Below, one piece after another: positions 1 through 8,555 of a DNA stretch of 20,310 nucleotides. The notes beneath the pieces are model-generated. The model was not told the DNA's origin and searched no databases. It saw only the letters and a list, made by a program, of their open reading frames with translations. This stretch comes from Candidatus Hodarchaeota archaeon (GTDB lineage Archaea > Asgardarchaeota > Heimdallarchaeia > Hodarchaeales > Hodarchaeaceae), in NCBI GenBank assembly GCA_029856365.1, contig JAHQWW010000069.1, forward strand, positions 1-20,310, written 5' to 3'. How positions within the stretch are numbered: the first letter of the stretch is position 1; each line of letters begins with the position of its first letter. Position numbers and translations under genes: made by a program.

Positions 1-1497
1 AGTGAATCCTCCGCCAAATGTAACTGCATATAAGAGGGTAAACCACAATAAGCCCCCAACAGGAAATCCAAAAACAGTTTGGCCAGCGAATTCTGGATCA
101 GATAGAAGAATACGAATGACTTCAGCCAATGCAATAGTTATAGGTATGTTTGCAACGACTGCACTAAGGATGGAGATAATTGTTATGATTATAATTGCTA
201 GTATGAGTGGATCCCTTCCAGAAATTTCAAGCATAAATTCAGCTAAGACCTCTAAGACACCTGATATCTGTAGCGCGCCAACTACTACAAAAAGTCCTAT
301 AAAGAACAATATTGAATCCAGTTCAATTTCATGGATAACACTATCAATATCAGCCTTTGTAACAATGATTGCGAGTATAGCCCCAGTTATTGCAACGAAT
401 CCGACTGATAAGCCAATATAGCTTGATAGTACCAATCCAATCACAACTATTCCTAAAACAATTGATCCTAGGTATAGTTTTCTTTTTGAGTCCACCACTG
501 ACCATTCATCTAAGAAACTCACCACACTCGAATCGATTCTCCTATCTTCTGTGATCATCAATTCTTTTTTGAAAATATTAAATAAGTACACTACTGATAT
601 TACAATTGCGATCCCAATAAAGACAGAATTAACAAGAGAAAAGGTTACAAACGGTATATCGCCAGCTTTATTACTGGCAATCAGAATCCCTGGTAATGAT
701 CCTATCACCGTTATTATTCCAGCCATAACGGTGGCTGCGACCTCTGCTAAGATGTAAGGTTTTGGATTCAAATCCAATCCACGGGTTACAGTGATAGTTA
801 TACTACTAAGTAAGATAATGGCAGTAGTATTATCTAATAAGGCTGATAGAATCATTGTGAGGAAGAACACTAACACCAAAAGTCTCTTAGGTGTGCCTTT
901 AGAAGCTTTAATTGTACGAATGGAAACCATATCAAAAAGTCCTGTGTCAGAGAGTACAGCAACTAGTAAGCTCATCCCAAAAACAATGGAGATAACTTCC
1001 CATTCAATGAAAGAATTAAATAATGCTACCTCAAAGAATAAATCTGGAGTCTCCGCGAGTTCTATTAGCTGTTCTAGTGTTAATGGAAGTTTTCTACCAA
1101 TCTCTTCTATTAGCTGGTCTTCTGTTAAATTTATCAGTTGTTCATGGGTGAGACTTCGCAAGTACTCCAGAGGTAGTATCTGATTGAGAAATATTATCAT
1201 TAACATCACAGAAAGAGCACTACCAAAAAGAATAACCCGAAGTTTTTCTTCTTCTGCTAATGTAAGAAATAAAAATACTACAACAAAAAAAAGCACGATC
1301 ATAATTTGTACTTCTGCATGAGTAAATACATTGGGAGGAGCGATGAAGAGTAAACTAATTAAGACAGAAATCCCTGTTAACGCCATAGCAGGTAAGGTAA
1401 ACTTTTCTGAAAGCTTCTCACCCTTATCATCATAAACCCATAGAAAAACACATATGACAAAACCAATTATAGCAACAATACTTACCCATGCAATCAA
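1..1497 (-). CDS. ArsB/NhaD/P-protein (ion transporter superfamily, SLC13/CitMHS-like) membrane permease, 3' end outside window
   Basis: Hand translation of the minus strand gives an open frame from TTG at 1497 (in-frame TAG at 1515-1513 upstream) to position 1. Many hydrophobic helices, with family motifs IEWEVISIVFGMSLLVAVLSDTGLFD, LSALLDNTTAIILL, TVIGSLPGILI, ELDSILFFIGLFVVVGAL, LSAVVANIP and TFGGGFT. Absent from the ORF track because there is no stop in the window. Confidence 0.88.
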   Translation of the reverse strand, partial: MIAWVSIVAIIGFVICVFLWVYDDKGEKLSEKFTLPAMALTGISVLISLLFIAPPNVFTHAEVQIMIVLFFVVVFLFLTLAEEEKLRVILFGSALSVMLMIIFLNQILPLEYLRSLTHEQLINLTEDQLIEEIGRKLPLTLEQLIELAETPDLFFEVALFNSFIEWEVISIVFGMSLLVAVLSDTGLFDMVSIRTIKASKGTPKRLLVLVFFLTMILSALLDNTTAIILLSSITITVTRGLDLNPKPYILAEVAATVMAGIITVIGSLPGILIASNKAGDIPFVTFSLVNSVFIGIAIVISVVYLFNIFKKELMITEDRRIDSSVVSFLDEWSVVDSKRKLYLGSIVLGIVVIGLVLSSYIGLSVGFVAITGAILAIIVTKADIDSVIHEIELDSILFFIGLFVVVGALQISGVLEVLAEFMLEISGRDPLILAIIIITIISILSAVVANIPITIALAEVIRILLSDPEFAGQTVFGFPVGGLLWFTLLYAVTFGGGFT

Positions 1498-1554
1498 ATT
1501 GTTACAAACCTTCTACATCCTCAAACAAACCACACTTTGTAATCTCCTCTTATG

Positions 1555-1566
1555 TTTATATATAAA
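1555..1566 (-). promoter_or_regulatory. Putative archaeal TATA box of the transporter gene
   Basis: Minus strand reads TTTATATATAAA about 60 bp upstream of the TTG start at 1497. Confidence 0.5.
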
Positions 1567-1661
1567 GCGAAATGGATTGTAACATATAAGCACAAGAGAT
1601 TCACTTAATCTACAATAATACAGAATTGTCTATCCAGAAAAAAAGGTATTATTCAAATAAA

Positions 1662-2615
1662 TTACCGGAAAAAAGGATCCATTATGGATTTAGCTGCAGA
1701 ATAAGGATCTCTTTTCTTTAAGATAACTTCATTAAGGATCTCTTCCCATTTTTGTTTATTCACTAGATTCTCCAGAATATTCTCGAAGAATTCGACTTTA
1801 ATGATCTCCAAGATTTCATTTTTTCGGCGAATAAATTCTCGTTCATGAGCAAAATCTACTGAATTTTCTAGATATTCATAAAAGTTCAGAATGGTCTCTA
1901 CTAATTCAATAATCCCTGTTTGATCTATATTTGAAGTAGAAATGACTGGAATTTTCCATTGTCCTTCTTCTTTTACAAGAGGATCTATACTTAGAAGTAA
2001 TTTCAACTCATTAACTATTTCTTGAGCTCCTGGACGATCAGCTTTATTTACCACATAGATATCAGCAATTTCCATAATCCCAGCTTTAATTGCTTGGACA
2101 GCATCACCAGTTCCTGGTATTCCCAATACACAACAACAATGAGCAGTTCTAACAATTTCCACTTCACTTTGACCTGCTCCTACTGTTTCAATTAATATTA
2201 TGTCATATCCAGCGGCATCGAGAACACGGACTGCATCCATGGTCGCACGACTTAAACCACCAAGACTTCCTCTTGACCCCATAGATCTAATAAAAACGTT
2301 GGAATCTGTTTGCACATCATCCATTCTAATTCTATCACCTAACAGAGCTCCACCACTAAAAGGAGAGGTTGGATCAACAGCAATAACACCGACCTTTTTA
2401 TCGTGTTTACGAAATTCTATGACAAGATTATTAATCAAAGTTGACTTACCTGAACCAGGAGGTCCTGTTATTCCCACGATGAAAGCCTTTCCTGTGGCAT
2501 GGAAAATTGACCCAATAAATTCTGCGCATTTATCTGGTTGATTTTCAACTAGTGAAATAGCTTGAGCAATGGCTCGACGATTCCCTTCTAGAACTCTTTC
2601 AACCAGATTCTGCAA
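1662..2615 (-). CDS. meaB: Methylmalonyl-CoA mutase-associated GTPase MeaB (ArgK/LAO family G3E GTPase)
   Basis: GITGPPGSGKST (Walker A), IAVDPTSPFSGGALLGDRIRM, FIRSMGSRGSLGGLS, IETVGAGQSE, GDAVQAIKAGIMEIAD, VVNKAD. Start moved from ORF-track 2669 to TTG 2615, which follows a GGTG SD-like site. Confidence 0.95.
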   Translation of the reverse strand: MQNLVERVLEGNRRAIAQAISLVENQPDKCAEFIGSIFHATGKAFIVGITGPPGSGKSTLINNLVIEFRKHDKKVGVIAVDPTSPFSGGALLGDRIRMDDVQTDSNVFIRSMGSRGSLGGLSRATMDAVRVLDAAGYDIILIETVGAGQSEVEIVRTAHCCCVLGIPGTGDAVQAIKAGIMEIADIYVVNKADRPGAQEIVNELKLLLSIDPLVKEEGQWKIPVISTSNIDQTGIIELVETILNFYEYLENSVDFAHEREFIRRKNEILEIIKVEFFENILENLVNKQKWEEILNEVILKKRDPYSAAKSIMDPFFR

Positions 2616-2698
2616 TTCAAAGACACCAAAAGTAATTGATTGTGAAAAGATCACGATTTTGATGATCAATAGACAAGTAAGAGAGGAAAAAAACTCTC

Positions 2699-2905
2699 TT
2701 ACAAAAATCTATCAATAATAGCAATGAGAACATAAAGAATCCCAGAAAAAACAATCCCTACAATAACTGCAAACCCGGCAGTTAAGATATCAACTTCAGC
2801 AAGGGCTTGAAGTAAAGCGAAAACAGCAATAATCCAGATAATAAACAAACCAGCAATTAAGAAGAATTTTCTCCAAGTTAATTTTTTTAAAAAACCTAAA
2901 CTCAA
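2699..2905 (-). CDS. Small two-TM membrane protein, paralogue of 4318..4527
   Basis: Two hydrophobic helices; 28/65 identical residues in an ungapped hand alignment to the 4318..4527 product. Likely TTG start at 2905 after GGAG (ORF track starts at 2920). Confidence 0.8.
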   Translation of the reverse strand: MSLGFLKKLTWRKFFLIAGLFIIWIIAVFALLQALAEVDILTAGFAVIVGIVFSGILYVLIAIIDRFL

Positions 2906-2960
2906 ATAGGCAAGCTCCAAATAAAAGTGCTTTTGAGGTTCTTCATAGAGTCTTGAGTGT

Positions 2961-2972
2961 ATATTTATAAAA
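2961..2972 (-). promoter_or_regulatory. Putative TATA box of the small membrane protein gene (2699..2905)
   Basis: Minus strand TTTTATAAATAT about 55 bp upstream of the start. Confidence 0.5.
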
Positions 2973-2984
2973 CTAATGTATCCA

Positions 2985-4223
2985 TTATGCTTGTTTTGCT
3001 TCTTTATCTTTCCTACGTTTTAATTTAAGAGCAGAAATTATTCCTTTTTCTTTCATTATCTTCTTTCTTAAATCTCCTTCTGTCATGGAAAAGAATTTCC
3101 TACCAAAATTCTTTACTCTGTCCCAATCGATTGGAATTCCAAGACCTGATTCTTCTGGGAGTTCTATATACCCCTCATCATTAGGTATGATTGGGGATTT
3201 TAAAATTCCATCGCGATATTCGGGAGTCCATGAACCTGGTTCGTATGGATACTCCAACGGAAACTTACGATCCGTTAATGCGGATGTATGGAGGTTGATC
3301 CATAAACCGACCCCATTTGTCCAAGTATGAGGGCTAAATCCCAATCCCTTGTGCTTTTCTATAGCTTCAATGACCTTTAATGTATCTTTGAAACCAAATA
3401 CAGTCACATCAGGTTGATAGAGATCGAGACTATCAAAATGAAGAAACATCCGAGCTTCATGCCAACCAGCATTTAACTCAGCACCTGCGATCTTTATTGA
3501 ACTGGAGTTTCGTAGTTCAGCCAACTCTTCATATTTATGCATCTCTAACGGTTCTTCTAACCACCAAATATTTTGGTCTTCTATTGTTTCCACAAACTGT
3601 CGAGCTCGGTTAAGATCCCACGCAGGTGTTCGGTCAACAATAGTTACCAACCAACCTTGATTTGCATCAATCATTAGAGGAAAATCTTTGTCAACACGAG
3701 ATCGTGTTTCTTTGATAGCGGTGACATCCTCATTTAAGGTTTTTGCCTTGACTCGGAGTTTTACTCCTTTGTATCCAGCTTCTTGAGCTTGTGTGACTAT
3801 TTTTGAATGATATTTTGGTTGACATGTTGCTCCTGTGGACCAATAAACTGGAATTGGGTTATCTGTTCCGCCCAGCATCTTCCAAACAGGAATATCCTCA
3901 ATTTGGGCTTTAATATCATAAAACGCTGCTTCCATCCAAAAATTCCGCCAACCTAAGAAAGAAGCTTCAATCATTCTTTGGTGTGCTAAATCAAGATCAC
4001 AAGGGTCAAGTCCTAGAATATATGGAGCTAATAGGCCTCCTAATCCCTCCCGCTCTTCACCGAAGGCCACTCCAGCTGCGATTCCAGTTATGCCAAGATC
4101 GGTTGATAAACGAAGAAGAGTAAAACGATTGTGTGTTTGAGGGTAACCTGGTATCCACGATGGATAAAATGTGGATTTGAGAGGGATGGAAATATGAAAC
4201 AATTCAACTTGAGTTATTTTCAT
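2985..4223 (-). CDS. Mandelate racemase/muconate lactonizing enzyme family protein (enolase superfamily), substrate unknown
   Basis: N-terminal capping domain (LLRLSTDLGITG, PVWKMLGG), GVKLRV (KxR), metal ligands in DANQGW, WLEEP and GAE, then QPD, PHTW, LEYP, and ELPEESGLGI. Confidence 0.92.
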   Translation of the reverse strand: MKITQVELFHISIPLKSTFYPSWIPGYPQTHNRFTLLRLSTDLGITGIAAGVAFGEEREGLGGLLAPYILGLDPCDLDLAHQRMIEASFLGWRNFWMEAAFYDIKAQIEDIPVWKMLGGTDNPIPVYWSTGATCQPKYHSKIVTQAQEAGYKGVKLRVKAKTLNEDVTAIKETRSRVDKDFPLMIDANQGWLVTIVDRTPAWDLNRARQFVETIEDQNIWWLEEPLEMHKYEELAELRNSSSIKIAGAELNAGWHEARMFLHFDSLDLYQPDVTVFGFKDTLKVIEAIEKHKGLGFSPHTWTNGVGLWINLHTSALTDRKFPLEYPYEPGSWTPEYRDGILKSPIIPNDEGYIELPEESGLGIPIDWDRVKNFGRKFFSMTEGDLRKKIMKEKGIISALKLKRRKDKEAKQA

Positions 4224-4317
4224 TTAATTTTACCTTTTTATTCTAGAAATTTAAGGAAAAGGAGCAATAAATCCATGATAGGTAAGAAAAGAAAGAAGGG
4301 AAAAAATTCCTTCGCTA

Positions 4318-4527
4318 TCAAAGTATTTTATCAACAAGAGCGATGAAAATCAAAAGCGCTCCAGTGCAAACAACACCAATAAACACTATTAATCCTACAG
4401 TATTGATATCATCATTACTGAATGCTTGAAAGGAAAAGAAAGCAACAGTAGCCCAAATAATTAGTAATCCTCCAACAAGGAGGTATTCTCGCCAGGTGAA
4501 CCTACTCAAAAAACCCTTTTCACTCAA
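4318..4527 (-). CDS. Small two-TM membrane protein, paralogue of 2699..2905
   Basis: 69 aa, TTG start after a GGTGG SD, two hydrophobic helices; shares the GFL..TWR, IIW, QA, DI.T.G and IA..D..L pattern with the paralogue. Confidence 0.8.
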   Translation of the reverse strand: MSEKGFLSRFTWREYLLVGGLLIIWATVAFFSFQAFSNDDINTVGLIVFIGVVCTGALLIFIALVDKIL

Positions 4528-4587
4528 CTAGACCGACCACCAATAATAATTTCTATTAATGAGTATTTAGCTAATTTTTCTACGAAG

Positions 4588-4597
4588 ATATATAAAA
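4588..4597 (-). promoter_or_regulatory. Putative TATA box of the 4318..4527 gene
   Basis: Minus strand TTTTATATAT about 60 bp upstream of the start. Confidence 0.5.
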
Positions 4598-4689
4598 GCT
4601 CGGTTATAATTTGTAGTAATATCGTTTTTTCCAAAGAAAAATTATAGAACTTAGTAATCATAATCGGCCTACAATCATTATTAAACGTG

Positions 4690-4773
4690 ATTAAAGAGAA
4701 GGGGACATTTTAGGAATTACTTGACAAAAAAGGCACATATACTGGGTTGTATGAAAAATAGTTCTTTGGATAG
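4690..4773 (+). pseudogene. Relic of the extreme C-terminus of an ABC exporter (MsbA/MdlB-type fused permease-ATPase)
   Basis: Frame from 4690 reads IKEKGTF*ELLDKKGTYTGLYEK*FFG*, matching the ABC-exporter tail consensus I.E.GTH.EL....G.Y..LY..QF, with two in-frame TAGs. No upstream ABC ORF remains. Confidence 0.65.
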
Positions 4774-5030
4774 GAGATCTAAGCGAGATACTGAGACAAT
4801 TTTAAACATCTCTCTTGTACAGGTGTCTTCTCTCACTTCAACAAAAAATTCGAGCTAATTTTCCTATATTTTCTACAACTCTTGAACTAACACCCTCAAT
4901 ATCAGAATAAAGCTCCTTTTAAAAATAGACAATATGATGAAGAATGTATACATCAAAATTCAGAAAGATCTAAATTAAGCTGTTGATCTAATGGATCTAA
5001 TTATGAAGATGAATTTAGGAATGAAATCAT

Positions 5031-7334
5031 ATGAAACGCTATAAAATGATATTTTTCGTCCTTGTGTTTTTAATTTTTGTTACACAATCCTCATTAAACC
5101 CTGTAACGGCAAAAATTCAAACATCTGGAACATTCTACGGGTTTGATTGGGAATATGGAGAAGAAACGAGAAACTTCATGAAGTCTGTAGCTTACTCGGA
5201 TTCTTTTTCTGAAAGTGAGTCTAATACTAAAACCAAAAGTTACACCTTGCAGGTTCCAATCCGTACCGGATTGGAAATCCAAGATATATTCTGGGAACGT
5301 TGGACCAATCGCTCAAAAGTGGCTCCTAGCGCTTCCTGGGAATTACCTGGTTCTCCCCAAAATTGGCCAGGATATCGTGCTGACGGGTATTTAAACAATA
5401 AAACTGGTCAAGGTAGTGCTTGGTTTCGGTATACAGGTGTTACTGTCAAAGGATGGGATTTTGGAATTTTTGGACAGGCAGCTAATTATTCATGGTTTGG
5501 TAGGCAAATCGATGTTGGTCTTGCAGAAATAGCCTTAATTCAAACGTGGAAAACTTCTTATGTTAATTTAACTGTTGGAGCCCCTGAATCTATACCAATG
5601 AAAGATTGGCTTGGAACTATCCATGATTATACTAATGTAAGGTCCTATCGTATTACTTACTCCTATGATAAGGGAACACCTGATCCCAGTGATGACGAAG
5701 TAGTCTTTGAAGAGTTATTGAACCCTCGCTTTGTCTTAGTGAGGGTTAAGACAACGAAATATACAGTTAATGTAGATGAAACAGCTACGGTAGCAGCTTC
5801 CCTTTCAGGGCAATTTAATTTCTCAGGTACATGGGAAGAGAACTTGTATGGACAACACGTATCTGTGAAAGATGGATCCAATTATTGGTTTGATTATTTT
5901 GCCTTAATCGAAGGTGATGTTGATTACGAGTTTGAGGGTGGTTTTACTTTGAAAGGTTATCTTTCTAGTAATCTGACACGAGAAGTTAGATTCACTAATG
6001 ATACAAAAGTTCCCGAATCAATACGACCAATCTGGCTCCAATCGTTACGTCTTCGCCTCGCGGGTGAATGGGATAACTATGCCAATGAATCTGGTGTTCT
6101 CTATGGTCAAGGGGCTATTCAAAGCATGATTCAAGTCCTTTTGACAAAAGCTTCTACAAGTCAATCCCCCAATCTTGCTGTGTGGGGTAATTTCAACCCT
6201 GGTAGAGTTATTGGATACAAGGATGTTGACGGCGATGAAATTCTAACTGCATTTCTAAATGAGTCACAAATTGCCACACCAGATGTTCTTATGGCAGTTG
6301 GTTTTCCTGAAGGTGCTCATCTTGAGGGTACCTATTACGCCAATGGTTTTGCTAATGCTGATGTATATTTCTCTCTTGGTGATCATATTTTCGCTGATAA
6401 TGAATCGTCCGTTACGGTGACTGTCGATAAAACTATTGATGAAACCTGGGGATATGATCCTCGACTCTCCGATTTAGATCCCACTGTGAGCTTAACCTGG
6501 ACTGATCCTACAGAGTCAGGTGGAAAAGCTACTTTTGAATGGGAAACGACTTACGCTGATGTACCAATGACATGGTGGGCAAAAAATGAAACATTAGAGC
6601 GTGTTTTTACTGATGTAACTGATATTACATATGGCTATTCTCTAATTATCGATCCAGTTTCAGGAGAAGCTATCTTAGAGAGTACTTATCAGCAATCAGA
6701 AATTGAAGATGCTGAATTAAAGCAGATGATGAGCTCACAACAAATGAGTATGGCTACCTACCGCCGAGACTACTACCTCACTATGACTAAATTTAACGCT
6801 GATATGTCAGGATCCTTTGCGAGACCTGAATCTCAATTTGATATGACTGTAGCAGGAGAGGATCTTTTCTCGCAGAACTTTGGTGGTGCTAAGGAAAAAT
6901 ATTATTTACATAATAATCCTGGAACTTTTTATGACTCAGGTACATCAATATTAAATCTTCTCACAGCTGAGGGTTTTTCAGGAGAACCTACTAATCAAAC
7001 TGAAAAAAATCCATACTCTTCACCCATATCTAAGAGACTCGCAGTAGCGTTAACTCAGTGGTCAGCAGATACTTATACAGCAGATATTTCTTGGCTTTTT
7101 CGTGAGAATTTGGTGATAACAAGTTATCCAACATGGGGTGGTGAAGGAGTTACTCATGATCCAGCGTATTCGGCATTTTATGCTGGAACGGAACCACGTG
7201 AGTCAGAGACATCAGAGACATCAGGGCCTCCAGCTTCGTCATCTGAAGAGGGTGTTCTTGGATTTGGGTTTACAAGTTCAGTAATTTTCTTATCAGTGGT
7301 CACTCTGATAATTAAAAAGCGTAAATATTCATAA
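5031..7334 (+). CDS. Large secreted cell-surface (glyco)protein with C-terminal membrane anchor
   Basis: Signal peptide MKRYKMIFFVLVFLIFVTQSSLNPVTA; beta-rich, S/T/aromatic-rich body; 12 N-x-S/T sequons counted; S/E/T/P linker, then LGF, a hydrophobic helix and KKRK (PGF-CTERM-like). Confidence 0.85.
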   Translation: MKRYKMIFFVLVFLIFVTQSSLNPVTAKIQTSGTFYGFDWEYGEETRNFMKSVAYSDSFSESESNTKTKSYTLQVPIRTGLEIQDIFWERWTNRSKVAPSASWELPGSPQNWPGYRADGYLNNKTGQGSAWFRYTGVTVKGWDFGIFGQAANYSWFGRQIDVGLAEIALIQTWKTSYVNLTVGAPESIPMKDWLGTIHDYTNVRSYRITYSYDKGTPDPSDDEVVFEELLNPRFVLVRVKTTKYTVNVDETATVAASLSGQFNFSGTWEENLYGQHVSVKDGSNYWFDYFALIEGDVDYEFEGGFTLKGYLSSNLTREVRFTNDTKVPESIRPIWLQSLRLRLAGEWDNYANESGVLYGQGAIQSMIQVLLTKASTSQSPNLAVWGNFNPGRVIGYKDVDGDEILTAFLNESQIATPDVLMAVGFPEGAHLEGTYYANGFANADVYFSLGDHIFADNESSVTVTVDKTIDETWGYDPRLSDLDPTVSLTWTDPTESGGKATFEWETTYADVPMTWWAKNETLERVFTDVTDITYGYSLIIDPVSGEAILESTYQQSEIEDAELKQMMSSQQMSMATYRRDYYLTMTKFNADMSGSFARPESQFDMTVAGEDLFSQNFGGAKEKYYLHNNPGTFYDSGTSILNLLTAEGFSGEPTNQTEKNPYSSPISKRLAVALTQWSADTYTADISWLFRENLVITSYPTWGGEGVTHDPAYSAFYAGTEPRESETSETSGPPASSSEEGVLGFGFTSSVIFLSVVTLIIKKRKYS

Positions 7335-7364
7335 AATGAAGTATCTGAAAAAAACCACCATTCC

Positions 7365-7392
7365 ATTTTTTCTCTTTTCTCTCATTTTTCTT
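7365..7392 (+). terminator. Pyrimidine/T-rich tract, possible archaeal terminator of the surface protein gene
   Basis: TTTTTTCTCTTTTCTCTCATTTTTCTT begins about 30 bp after the stop codon. Confidence 0.4.
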
Positions 7393-7580
7393 GCCTGAAT
7401 CGTGAAAGTGATCATAAATAAGAGTGTTTTCCATTTATATTTGTAGACAACAGTTTAAAGAGGTGTTATTCCACTAATTGACAAGAATAAGAAAGTTGAA
7501 AAAACACAAATGAGAATCTTGACGAAATGCCTCTTCCAAAGGATTAATCATAATCAAATAAGGTTTGGTTTATTAGTCCA

Positions 7581-8396
7581 TTAACCTCTTTTTAAAAAGG
7601 TTAAAGATCGTTTAATCGTTGGATTTTCACGTCCATCGAAATGTAAGGTTATTGGGGTAATGCTTGTCACTTTTTTCTTTAATACTGCATAAGCATCGGT
7701 TTTCTGAGGAATATCAAGTGTTTCCCCCCAAATCCAATAATAAGGAACTCCTCGGGGATCTTCCCGACGGATTGTGTAATCACGATACTTTGTCATTGCC
7801 ATCGGACAGATTTCAATTGATGTATCTATTGAAATTGTATCTGGAAAATTGACATTCAGAAATCCAATGTCAGGAGGTAGACCTTTCTCGATAACCTTTG
7901 TTATGATCTCACAAGCTGTTTCTGCAGCAATTTTCATACCTGGAGGGTCAGCGGTGTCATCAAAAAAGAGTTGTTCATTTACATCCATAGAAAACGCAAT
8001 AGCTGGGAAACCAAGAAGTGCGGCTTCAAATGATACTGCACATGTCCCTGACGTTAAAACAGAATGAACACTGGTGTTTTCCCCAGCATTGATTCCCGAA
8101 ATAATTAGGTCAAAGGGTGGTTTGCCACCATTAGCTCGTTGATATACCCCATGAATCACAGCATCAGCTGGGGTTCCAGTAGTTCTCCAACCTATTTTTC
8201 CGTCAAGATATGAAAGAGGAACCTCTTGCATTCGTACTGGTTGGTCGAATGTAATTGCTTTTCCTTCCGCTGAGCGTTGAGTACTGGGAGCAATTATTGT
8301 GACATCCCATTCACGCTTGTGCATAGCTCTGGCGAGAGTACGAATTCCACAGGAATATATTCCATCATCATTAGATAAAAGTATGTCAGGGGTCAT
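7581..8396 (-). CDS. surE: 5'/3'-nucleotidase SurE
   Basis: ILLSNDDGIYSCGI, IAPSTQRSA, GTPADAV, IISGINAGEN, SGTCAVS, FLNVNFP, EDPRGVPYYW, SITPI. Confidence 0.96.
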   Translation of the reverse strand: MTPDILLSNDDGIYSCGIRTLARAMHKREWDVTIIAPSTQRSAEGKAITFDQPVRMQEVPLSYLDGKIGWRTTGTPADAVIHGVYQRANGGKPPFDLIISGINAGENTSVHSVLTSGTCAVSFEAALLGFPAIAFSMDVNEQLFFDDTADPPGMKIAAETACEIITKVIEKGLPPDIGFLNVNFPDTISIDTSIEICPMAMTKYRDYTIRREDPRGVPYYWIWGETLDIPQKTDAYAVLKKKVTSITPITLHFDGRENPTIKRSLTFLKRG

Positions 8397-8555
8397 AGTT
8401 TATCACAATATGTTAGGTTATCCCCACAAGACCGATTTTATTGTTACATAATAATATTATTGATTCCGACAAATCTTTTCGGATAATAAATACAATTTTT
8501 TCTTTTTAGCAGTAAAAAAAGACTGACTAGTGTTAGTATTAATCAAGTTAAAAGA

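Noticed and set aside
2-1183. Plus-strand ORFs 2..421, 551..757 and 791..1183
   Set aside because: Antisense shadows of the minus-strand transporter; the I/T/S/N-rich composition is typical of the reverse frame of a hydrophobic gene.
4711-4761. Amber (pyrrolysine or recoded) readthrough in the ABC relic
   Set aside because: No upstream ORF to read through, and TAG acts as a normal stop elsewhere in the window.
7203-7224. 9-bp tandem repeat TCAGAGACA x2.4
   Set aside because: Encodes the SETSETS low-complexity linker; ordinary for surface proteins.
7430-7580. TATA-like TTTATATTT plus GAGGTG followed by K/E-rich short frames
   Set aside because: Could be a vestigial gene start, but there is no properly spaced start codon and frames close quickly.
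8465-8483. Short inverted repeat TCCGA...TCGGA upstream of surE
   Set aside because: A 5-bp stem only; within chance expectation.
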